Below are positions 48,727 through 57,824 of a stretch of DNA of 64,000 nt, piece by piece. A program made the position numbers and the translations under genes. The DNA comes from a virus. Lineage: Duplodnaviria; Caudoviricetes. The DNA lies in the IMG/VR virus record IMGVR_UViG_3300034071_000801, positions 1 through 64,000 of that record; one strand, given 5' to 3'. The stretch's first letter is position 1; every line of letters begins with the position of its first letter. The notes under the pieces are model-generated. The model ran no database searches and had not been told where the DNA came from. It saw nothing but the letters and a program-made list of their open reading frames with translations.

Positions 48727-50690
48727 TAGAATAAATTTAATTGATTAGGTATAAATACCGTTTTTACTCTTCTGCCTTCAGTTTTAATCTTTAAGACTAA
48801 TCTGTTAGCTTTTTCAATGTAGTAATCATAATTGACATTATCAACTTTACTACCTTTTGGTAAGAAATTACAAACTTTACATACCCACTCACCAGCTTCT
48901 ACTTGACTTATTGCAGCAGCTCTGGTTTGACACTCTGGATTCTTAATCTTAAAGATCTTATCTCCTTCATTGGATACATAATAGCGTATGAGTTTATCAT
49001 ACACTGTCTTCTCACCAGTTGACCTATTGGTCCCTTCATAGTGAAAACTCCTACTAGCTTTCTGTCTTAAGCAAAAATCATAAAGATTAGTGTGAGCACG
49101 AATTGTATGCTCAACAGGAGTACCATGTACAAAATAACTTTCAAGAGCAATAGGTATGATCCTAGCTGATTTGTTTTTATGTAATTCAAAATCAGTAAGG
49201 AAATCACCTTTTTTCTTAATCTCTCCATTGGTCATAATTGCTAAATAGTCATTCACTGTACTAAAGATAATCTTGGAATAGTCTGTTCTCTCCAACTCAT
49301 ATTGAGTGATGTCACACCACCATGCATTGATTTCATGCATCAAAGGAATCATGTCTTTCTTAATCTTGATGGTTACACCATCCGTATTAGCAGAGATCAC
49401 ATGTATGCCATTGGTTTCATATTTTTCAATAAGCATCATCAAGCTAAGCTCACCAGTAATTGTGGTGAACATAGTTAACTGCCTATCATATATCCAATTC
49501 TGCATATCAGATGACTTACCATATACAGAGTTAACTGCAAGTTTAAGTGCTCCAACAATTCCTTTAATCTTCTTATCCTTCTTTGCAAAGGGTTTAAGCT
49601 CCAATCTTTTATCAAACATCTGTTTGTATCCCCGAAGGAATTCCTTACCTAAATGGGCAGGAAACTTACCATTGTTGATAATGATAGCAGGATAATAACT
49701 AGACACATCCCAATCAATTATCTCATAGTCTTCATCAGCTTCGAAGATCTTAGGACCATTCTCTGTGTGAAGACCACCTTTCATAAAAGAATACACATTT
49801 CCGTGGAAATCTATATGCTCTTTGAAATCATCTTGCAGACCAAGCTGCATTTTATTAATCTTCTTTAAGAAGTCTTTTAGTTGTGGAGTTTCAAACTTTA
49901 CATACTTAGCAATGCAATTCTTTACATCAATGCTTTTTCTGAAATATCCTTTCTTAGGAAGTTCTCTGTATGTAATTCCTTTCTCTGAACAATAATACTT
50001 CTTAATCATTTCATCCCCTATCTTAGAGTCTGAATAGTTCATACAAGGGATACCAAATTCAGCTTCAATATCTTGTCTCAGCTCTATTTGATTATTCCCT
50101 TTATACAGTGGATGATCTGTATCACCCATAGTTATCTTGTAGAATTCATAAGTTGCATCTACATCATTATAACAATAGTCAATGGTCATCTCCACTTCTT
50201 CTTTTGTCATATTAATTTTGGTATGATGTATAGGCATTTCTTCTATATTCTCAAGATCCATCTCAAACTCTAGTCTTTTAAGACTCACCATTCGATTCTT
50301 ATTATCATAGTGGTGTATCTTGAACAGATCTAATTGTTTGAGGCTTAATTCATGCTCTCTGTACTCAGGGAACACATCATAGTTAGCATCATGAATAACA
50401 TCAGCAGCTTTCTGTGCTATTCTTGCACATATTTCTAAATTGCTTAACTCATGCCACTTATCGTAGTTTCTCAAGATCCATTCAACAACTTGACTGTCAA
50501 AGCGTAGATTATTATATCCTACCCAATAAGCATCAGCATGTTCTTCTGTATATCTAACGAATTTATCTAATTGATTCTTCCATTTAGACACTTGAAAGCT
50601 CTTACCAGCTTTACCAGGCACCATACATACAACTAAGAATAGTTCTTGCATGGTCTCTATGTCATAAATTATTACGTCTTTGTTGTTCAT
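48726..50690 (-). CDS. Family B DNA polymerase
   Basis: Exonuclease motifs YDIET, GYNNLRFD and YCYNDV; polymerase motifs DVSSYYP, KLAVNSVYGK and NTDG. Confidence 0.92.
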   Translation of the reverse strand: MNNKDVIIYDIETMQELFLVVCMVPGKAGKSFQVSKWKNQLDKFVRYTEEHADAYWVGYNNLRFDSQVVEWILRNYDKWHELSNLEICARIAQKAADVIHDANYDVFPEYREHELSLKQLDLFKIHHYDNKNRMVSLKRLEFEMDLENIEEMPIHHTKINMTKEEVEMTIDYCYNDVDATYEFYKITMGDTDHPLYKGNNQIELRQDIEAEFGIPCMNYSDSKIGDEMIKKYYCSEKGITYRELPKKGYFRKSIDVKNCIAKYVKFETPQLKDFLKKINKMQLGLQDDFKEHIDFHGNVYSFMKGGLHTENGPKIFEADEDYEIIDWDVSSYYPAIIINNGKFPAHLGKEFLRGYKQMFDKRLELKPFAKKDKKIKGIVGALKLAVNSVYGKSSDMQNWIYDRQLTMFTTITGELSLMMLIEKYETNGIHVISANTDGVTIKIKKDMIPLMHEINAWWCDITQYELERTDYSKIIFSTVNDYLAIMTNGEIKKKGDFLTDFELHKNKSARIIPIALESYFVHGTPVEHTIRAHTNLYDFCLRQKASRSFHYEGTNRSTGEKTVYDKLIRYYVSNEGDKIFKIKNPECQTRAAAISQVEAGEWVCKVCNFLPKGSKVDNVNYDYYIEKANRLVLKIKTEGRRVKTVFIPNQLNLF

Positions 50691-50718
50691 GTAATCTTAT
50701 TTTAATTTAAAAATTAAT

Positions 50719-51138
50719 TTATATTTTTTTAATTAAATTATTTACCAATTGCCATTCATGTTTGGTTGCTGATAATTTTTTACATAATGAATGTAAAGCA
50801 TTTAAAGCATCGTCAACCCTTTGTTTTTTTGTATTGGAATTAGTTGTTGGTGTAATTGGTAATTTATCTGTTAAATCCCATTCTATTACAAGTCTGTCAG
50901 TAACCCTACATTTTCTTTCTGATTTTTCGTAAACTACTCCTAAATCTCTTAATTGAGATAGTAATTTCCAAGCGTGTTTGACTTGAATTTGATTTTGGTC
51001 AATGTAGCTTTGTAGTTCTCCAGCAGTACAAGGCGAAGAATAAAGCATAGCATCTAATGTTCTTAATCTTAATTTTGAAAGTAATCCTTCTGCTTTAATT
51101 TGATTGTAACAGTTAATGGAAGTTGTTCTTGTTCCCAT
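50719..51138 (-). CDS. Winged-helix-like DNA-binding protein
   Basis: CTAGEL..LSQLRDLGVV..RKCRVT. Confidence 0.5.
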   Translation of the reverse strand: MGTRTTSINCYNQIKAEGLLSKLRLRTLDAMLYSSPCTAGELQSYIDQNQIQVKHAWKLLSQLRDLGVVYEKSERKCRVTDRLVIEWDLTDKLPITPTTNSNTKKQRVDDALNALHSLCKKLSATKHEWQLVNNLIKKI

Positions 51139-51169
51139 AATCTTATTTGTTTTTAAATTATTTCTTCTT

Positions 51170-51367
51170 TCATTCTCTCGTTGTGTTTTTATGATCTCTC
51201 CAATCTAACCAAAATCCTATTCCTACAATGATGTTCATACCAAATGAGGCAAGAATTTCTGTTATGTCTTCATAGATGTTAATAGATAGGTGGATATGTC
51301 CTACCATCCAAAAAGGCATAGCAAGATTATTCGATATCCACCTAACTAAATAATTTATAAATTTCAT
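51170..51367 (-). CDS. Small membrane protein
   Basis: Two hydrophobic segments; TATCTTTG lies at 51381-51374 just upstream. Confidence 0.55.
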   Translation of the reverse strand: MKFINYLVRWISNNLAMPFWMVGHIHLSINIYEDITEILASFGMNIIVGIGFWLDWRDHKNTTRE

Positions 51368-51665
51368 AGCCTACAAAGATAATTAAAAATGTTATATTAT
51401 TCTAACAATTTTAATTAGACTGGTTTTAATTTACGATTGATAAATTCTCTTACTACCATTCTTGTGATATGTGGTATTCTTTTTGCTTCCAATTCATAAT
51501 TGATAATGTTCTCATACTCAGTCTTACTGATTGAATACATTATACCATTTTTACTACTTGGATTCTCTGATTTAAGAATGACAGATTGTGATTTCACTTT
51601 CTTAATTATAAAATCTGCCACCTTTCTCTCGTGTGTGTGTTTATTTGCTACTGATAATTCCATAT

Positions 51666-52145
51666 TTAAATTTCTTCTAATCCATCGTTTAATGTTACAT
51701 CCCAATCTTCTAGATCATCATCTTCTTGAAGAAAAGATAATATAACTTTATCTTCAATTAATGTTGGTTCTAATCCTTCTTCTTCATCATCTATATCAAT
51801 AGATAAGAATCCTTGTTCTTCTCTTAATACAAAATTAATATCATCTAATGTAATGTCTCTTAATTCATCAGTATCAGGACCATCATCCCACCAACCAATT
51901 TGATCTTGATTTATTACTACTACTTCTGGATGATATTTTGTATAACTATCAATGATGATGATTAGTTCTACTGGTGCACCATTCTTGCTCATGAACTCAT
52001 CCATGTCTTCAGGAACTTCTTCAAGCTCCCATAGTTCAACATATGGTTCAATTACACCTACAGATATTCTGTTGACAAAGAGCATACCCTCCTCTAATTC
52101 AAGAGGAAGATAGCTTTTTAATGCAATTTCTGCTGTATACCACAT
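51666..52145 (-). CDS. Acidic hypothetical protein
   Basis: 159-aa ORF. Confidence 0.65.
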   Translation of the reverse strand: MWYTAEIALKSYLPLELEEGMLFVNRISVGVIEPYVELWELEEVPEDMDEFMSKNGAPVELIIIIDSYTKYHPEVVVINQDQIGWWDDGPDTDELRDITLDDINFVLREEQGFLSIDIDDEEEGLEPTLIEDKVILSFLQEDDDLEDWDVTLNDGLEEI

Positions 52146-55100
52146 TAGAACTCTCTCTTAGGTGCTGGTTCTGTAATTTGATATACACCATGTGAACTAG
52201 ATAGTCTTAAAAGAATATGAAGCTGTTCAGCTTCTAAATAGTTTATCTCTTTCTTTGAGTTAATACCAATTAGCTCTATACCATTACCTGTGTCTACTAG
52301 CTGCATAGCAACTGTTTTTCTTACATTCTCAGCCCATTCAATATAATCACTAAAATATAGTGTATGAACTGTAGCTTGTGGTGTAGCATCTAGTTTATGA
52401 TAATCATATTCATGTTTACCATTGATATAGATTTCTTCTCTGTATAACACATCACTTGTGTTATCAATTACATCTTGTATTTCTTTCTTTAATGTTGCCA
52501 TGTTATTGTTTGTTTACTAAGTTTAACGCTATTTGATGTCCTTCAAGAGCATCTTCATAAGATGTATATCTATCTTGATATTGGTCATGTTCTCCTCCAA
52601 ATATCATAGTTTCCCATAATACAGGAATATCACTATCCCAAGCATGATCAAGACCAAGAAACACTGTTGATATAAATATATCACCAATATGTTCTTGTTT
52701 TACTGCTTTTCTCTCTGGATTCTTCTCTAACCATTCTGCTGCTTCCATAATTGAAACAGATTTTACAGGTTTATTGTTCTCGTCTAATATATACCAAGCC
52801 ATAACTATTGAAATAAAGCTGTAGGTGCTCCTACGTTATACATTAACATTACATAAAATCTTATACAATGAATATTGATATCATCTGCTCTACCAAATGC
52901 TTCAGCAAGATCATTATTAACCACTGCTTGAGCAAAACTACCACCTGGATAACCTACACTCCATTTAGTACATAATATACTTGTACCAATATCAATAATG
53001 TGATCTTTTTGTGAAATTTTTAGAAATAAAGCTAAATACTTATCTGCATATTTGTCAAAATAGTCAGAAACCACTGCTCTGACTATTTCTTGTTGTTGTT
53101 CTGGATTCATAATTCTGATGTTAATTTTTTAATGTTATTAAGGATTTGTTCAATTGTTAATTCTTCTTCTACTACTAGATGTTTAAGTGATTCAGGATAT
53201 GGATAATTATAACTTCTACCATCAGGAAATCTTATTTGAGTTACATTATGATCTTGAAATGTTATTTTTCCAACAACACCTTCATATGGTTGCATATGAG
53301 GCATATAAGTTGGATAACCACTAAACTTAAAGCCTTTCATTTCTTTTCCTATAAGTGAATCTTTATCTTCCATGATTTATATTTTTGACGTTAGCATCTT
53401 CATAGTGTTTAGAAGATCATCAATTGTTAAATTCTCAAGCTCTTTTGCTTCTAATTGCTCAATGATACCTGCTACAGGATAATGTGATGTCTCTTTTTTA
53501 CCAATTGGTAAAGTGATTTCTACAAGAGCAAATTGTGGATAAGAAGAATTTATATTTAGAACAATAGCATTTTTACCACATAATTGTTTATGAGTATTTG
53601 AGTATGATAGTAAGTTTTCACTTTTAAACTCAAAACATTCTATCTCTTTACCGATTATATCTTTAGCTTCCATAATTAATATCCTGCTAATTTAGATATG
53701 GCACCTTCATTACTCAATACATAAGCAAGATCGTCTTCTTGTTTAGGTGTAAGAGTTTTGATTGTAGAGATCAAATTGATTCTACTGTAGGTGATGTCTT
53801 CACCATATAAGTTTACAAGATTGCTTCCAATCTCTTTTATCTTATTGTAATTAAATACTGTTACAGGTTCACCTTGGTCATCCTGCCATTTTCCGTTGAT
53901 TATACGCATAATTTCTATTTTATATTTGTTAAGGGATAAGAGTTTAAGATGGAATCTTTATCAATTACTTTTTTTACAAGCATTGATGAATCATTTCCTC
54001 TATATGTTTTTTTAGTTTTAGCTTTTTCAACAGCTTCTTTCAAAGCTGCTTCTACATGTAGTTTTGCAAATTCAATCAACGCTAAGTGATGATTAACAGG
54101 ACTATGTGTATGTTTGAATTTCATAAAAAATTCTTCTGCTGTTGGTATCATAACTTTTAGTCTTTTTGATTTTCTATAACTTTCTCTATAATTTCATCAT
54201 ATATGGCATCACTAATCAAATCAATGATCTCACTGCCATCTACTTGTACTGATTCTAATTCAAACTCAGCATCGTATCCTGGATAACCTTCCATATTACC
54301 ATCATACATTTCTCTTGGTTCTTCTGGATGATATGTTCCACTCACTGTTACATATACACCACCTACGGTGATACCTATTTCTATTTCTTTACTCATTTGT
54401 TTTTTAAATTATACCATTTTTGATTCTCTTTTTGTATCTCATAACGTTTAACATATTCCATTTTAACATTTGTTTCAACAGATACATCACGTATAACAGC
54501 TCTTAATAGTTTCTTGATGTTGTCTACACCTCCAAATCTTTCTATTTCATTTGGAGATACTTTTATATCAAGTTGTCTTGATTTTACATCTGAAGGTTTC
54601 ATCTTATTTCTTTTTAAATTGTTCAAACCATTGGTTAAAATCTTCATTACTTAATGTTTCATATTTAGAAAGTATTCTAACTACATCTAATTGACTATAA
54701 CTTCTTTCTTGTTGCTTATTATGTCCATATTTCTCAATAAGTCTTATTGCTGAAGCATCTGATTTTGCAAGTAATAAAAATTTTATATCTTCCAACAACG
54801 CTTCTTCAAGAGTGGTTTCTTGTTTAGGTTTCTTTTCTAGTGATTCCATTAGTTTAAGTTTACATTTTTGACATTGTAATGCATCTATAAATCCTGTAGA
54901 GATAATAGTTCTACATGTATGACAGAGAGTTGCCCCTCTGCCATTATTAAACTTGTGTATAGGTTTCATATTATTTGTGAAATTCAATTAAATATCCTTC
55001 GAATATAATAAGTCTAAGACATGTATCATCATCAAATAGTTGTAATGTAATACTCACACCATCTGTATCAACACATTCAATCATTTGAAATCCATCTCCA

Positions 55101-55649
55101 TTTACTGTTTTACCATCTTTGGCACCAGTAATTTGATGTAGCCTTTTAATCTTACCACTGGTGTAGTAGATTACAATGTCTTTCACATTATCAGCATTGA
55201 ATACAACAGTGATTTCTGATTGTACCCATGGTTGTAATACACCTTTCTCTTTAGTAATATAAGAGGTGTATTTCTTAACAAATGTATCTTGTGCAGATAC
55301 TGTTATGCTCAATGTTAGTAGAGCTCCTAATAATAGTTTTTTCATAATCTATTTATTTACAGATTTAGGTGTACACACATGTCCATCACTCCATTTGATT
55401 CCTGGAGGTGGTGTTGTTTCTGATGAGCTGTATTTTGTACCACACTCACTACATTCAAATTTATTCATCTGATGCTAAAAATAATGTTATTATAAAAGAT
55501 ATAAACATATAACCTCTAACTACTCCCCATTCAATATTCACTGGAAGAATGCTCCATGTTATAAAACATGCTATTAGATATATAAATAAACAAATAGCCA
55601 ATGGTAGTGTTATAAAAAATCCTAAATAAATACTACAAAACTTTTTCAT
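52145..55649 (-). other. Array of small early-type hypothetical genes (52145-52501, 52503-52802, 52805-53110, 53107-53373, 53377-53673, 53676-53909, 53915-54151, 54157-54396, 54393-~54602, 54604-~54969, 54971-~55327, 55461-55649)
   Basis: Tightly packed, co-oriented ORFs of 60-130 aa. 53107 and 53377 are paralogues; 54971 has a signal peptide. Confidence 0.7.
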
Positions 55650-55714
55650 AATTTCTTTTGTTAATGATTAAACAATTAGGCTCCTGCTATTACACAAGAG
55701 CCCTTTTGCCCTCC

Positions 55715-55861
55715 TTAATAACCCAACTGATGAAGTTGGTTTATATTGGCTTCTACAATATACACACCCTGTGATATTGTACATGCAAACGCTATACTCA
55801 TTGCGAATGCTAATTGTCTGAACTGATAAAACTCAGTTGGTTTCATTTGAATTGTTTTCAT
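55715..55861 (-). CDS. Small protein (48 aa), not in the ORF track
   Basis: MKTIQMKPTEFYQFRQLAFAMSIAFACTISQGVYIVEANINQLHQLGY, preceded by the TCCTTAATAA leader motif. Confidence 0.55.
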   Translation of the reverse strand: MKTIQMKPTEFYQFRQLAFAMSIAFACTISQGVYIVEANINQLHQLGY

Positions 55862-55891
55862 TGTTATTTATTATTAAGGATTAATACATAA

Positions 55892-55922
55892 TAAGAAAAG
55901 CCCCTATGTTAATAGAGGCTTT
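55892..55922 (-). terminator. Terminator closing the RNA operon
   Basis: Minus strand reads AAGCCTCTAT-TAAC-ATAGGGGCTT-TTCTT. Confidence 0.7.
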
Positions 55923-55925
55923 AAT

Positions 55926-56078
55926 AGGACCTTCTCCCTTGGGAGATGTCAATTGTTGAGATTAGGAACATTTCTTCCCTATAAGTACTCAACTCCTTCT
56001 CTGCGTGGAAAGGACTTAACATTCGTGATGTGCAAACTATCCAATGTCTGTTACTGTGCTATTTGCGTCAAGTAACTG
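55926..56078 (-). ncRNA. Candidate ~150-nt structured RNA
   Basis: No ORF; several consecutive stems between the tRNA-like element and the terminator. Confidence 0.4.
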
Positions 56079-56081
56079 CTG

Positions 56082-56150
56082 TGATTGAGACAGGATTCGA
56101 ACCTGTGTGTAAGGATATATGTCCATCGCATACCATTCTGCCACTCAATC
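56082..56150 (-). tRNA. Degenerate tRNA with undetermined anticodon
   Basis: Acceptor stem GATTGAG/CTCAATC, T arm ACAGG-TTCGAAT-CCTGT, D loop with GG; the anticodon loop is only 6 nt (CATATA). Confidence 0.75.
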
Positions 56151-56171
56151 TAGTGGAGGTGGGGAGATTCG

Positions 56172-56873
56172 CATTTTGTTAATAACTTGTTGTCACATTA
56201 TTTGCATATGTCTAGGACATGTTGTAGATTTACACCATATCTTAAATTCTTTATCATGACACTACAATACCTTTCTGGATTCTTTGATGCTGATGGTTCA
56301 ATATCAATGAGTAAAAGTTCTAAAAACGATACTTACAAATGTATCAAAATAGATTTTACTAATACTTACATAACAATTCTTGAAGAGATTCAAAAATACT
56401 TGTTAAATGAGCATGGTATTAAAACACATATATCAAAAAAAGCAATTAGAAAAGAAAACCATAATATTGGTTATTCTTTATCTTGTAATAGTAATCAAAC
56501 TTGTTTGAAACTTTGTAAACTTATAGATTCTCATCATCCTAAGAAGTTACATCGTATAAATACAATTTTGAAATATCATGATGCAGTTACCATAAGAAAT
56601 GGTAAATACACAGATAAACAAGCTACAAGAAGATTAGCCTACGAGAGACTATTCTTTCTTCCTACATTTCTGTAGGGATCGGACTATATCATCATCTGTT
56701 CTAGATGTTGCTTACTGTGGGCTCACCGTAGTGTCCCTAGTCTCTGAACCTTCTCACTTCTTCCAGTGAGCTTGGCTGCTGATTGGCATATTACCCTCGC
56801 AGGTGTAACTTAGCGTTCCAGCAATTCAAGCAATTTTTAATTATACATCCCTGTATAATGAGTCCAATTTCCA
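56172..56873 (-). mobile_element. Group I intron (702 nt) in the tmRNA T-loop
   Basis: P1 GAGUU/GACUC with U.G at the splice site; terminal G at 56172. P AATTGCTGGAA (56826-56816), Q AATCAGCAGC (56784-56775), R GTTCAGAGACTAG (56749-56737), S GATATAGTCC (56690-56681). Confidence 0.93.
56256..56675 (+). CDS. Single-motif LAGLIDADG homing endonuclease, antisense to its host intron
   Basis: QYLSGFFDADGSI. Start moved to ATG 56256; lies in the post-S (P9) region of the intron. Confidence 0.88.
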   Translation: MTLQYLSGFFDADGSISMSKSSKNDTYKCIKIDFTNTYITILEEIQKYLLNEHGIKTHISKKAIRKENHNIGYSLSCNSNQTCLKLCKLIDSHHPKKLHRINTILKYHDAVTIRNGKYTDKQATRRLAYERLFFLPTFL

Positions 56874-57186
56874 AACTCCCGTGTTGCTTACTTCAAAAAT
56901 ACAATTTTATACAGCTTATTTAGGGTCAAGCTAGGCTTAACGTTCCCACCACTCTATTTAATCTAATAGAGAAATCTTGAGGTAATTTAGGCTGCTAAAC
57001 CAACGATTACATCCTCATTCAATAATGAGAATACTTTGTTCATGTTAGCTTCGATTTGTGCGTTTGCTCCTAGAGCCACTACACGACTTGTGTTTTTGCC
57101 ATTTAAAATAATTCACCTTAGTTTACAGTTATCTCTCTGGCTGAATTGTATAATCTATAATAACCAGTCAATTCCAGTCACCCCCA

Positions 57187-57775
57187 TTTCCCTCGTGTGA
57201 GGGCATGTATCAATTGTTGTGTTGTTGACCAATGATCAACTTGTATTAGCACCCATCATTATAGCCTTGCAAGTTAGCCCTCGCTGCTTACTTAATGATT
57301 AGGGTCACGTAGTTAATAATACAGTTTGCAGACTGTTAAAGTATAAAATTACAAAAATTACACTTATTAACTACTTGCTTGGAACTCATTTGTGTTGTGA
57401 CAAAGTGGCTTAAAAGCTTAGTCCAATCTCTTTCCTTTCTCAAGGGAACAACACATCTACCATTACTGATAGTATCTTTATGTAATGTTTAGTATTTACA
57501 CTGTATTTAAGCACAGGATTATTTCATTACAAAGGTATTCAATGTTTAGCCTGTTTGAGAGTTTATTCATTGCAACTCACAAGTGTTCCCTAACATCAGA
57601 GACCAATCCTACAAGTTTAATGTGTGTGGATGTAGGACCACATTCTTTTGTATCACTCTAGTGAGTTTAAAACTCATAATATGCATAATATAGGTAAGTT
57701 CAATGATACGCAGCACATACATTGACTATTTAAACTGCTATGTGGCGTTTATAGTCCCCAGTGATTATACAATAT
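57187..57775 (-). ncRNA. Candidate large (~590 nt) structured non-coding RNA
   Basis: No ORF of 60 aa or more on either strand; more than ten stems, GNRA tetraloops on the minus strand, its own promoter, and it abuts the tmRNA 5' end. Confidence 0.65.
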
Positions 57776-57780
57776 CCCTG

Positions 57781-57812
57781 CAAATATAATCTACAGGGAG
57801 TAACAAAACAAA
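57781..57812 (-). promoter_or_regulatory. Promoter TTTG-N20-TATATTTG driving the RNA operon
   Basis: Full Bacteroidota consensus; the -7 element sits inside the CCCTG..CAGGG inverted repeat. Confidence 0.7.
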
Positions 57813-57824
57813 TAATTAATCAAA

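Larger units (their letters stand above)
56154..57185 (-). ncRNA. ssrA: tmRNA; exon 1 57185-56874, exon 2 56171-56154
   Basis: 5' GGGGGTGACTGGAATTGAC; acceptor GGGGGTG/CACCTCC-A with G3.U70; spliced T arm GGGAG-TT|CGAAT-CTCCC; tag ORF 57100-56987 ending LAA-stop. Confidence 0.93.

Noticed and set aside
55723-55739. Hammerhead-like CTGATGA on the plus strand
   Set aside because: It lies within a simple hairpin with no matching GAAA core or three-stem junction.
56000-56081. Theta (HDV-like) ribozyme at the tRNA 3' end, or a c-di-GMP-I riboswitch suggested by GACGCAAA
   Set aside because: I could not build the nested double pseudoknot or the riboswitch P1/P2 elements; kept only as an unassigned structured RNA.
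57187-57775. RNase P RNA or group II intron identity for the large RNA
   Set aside because: No GAGGAAAGUCC P4 signature and no domain V motif were found.
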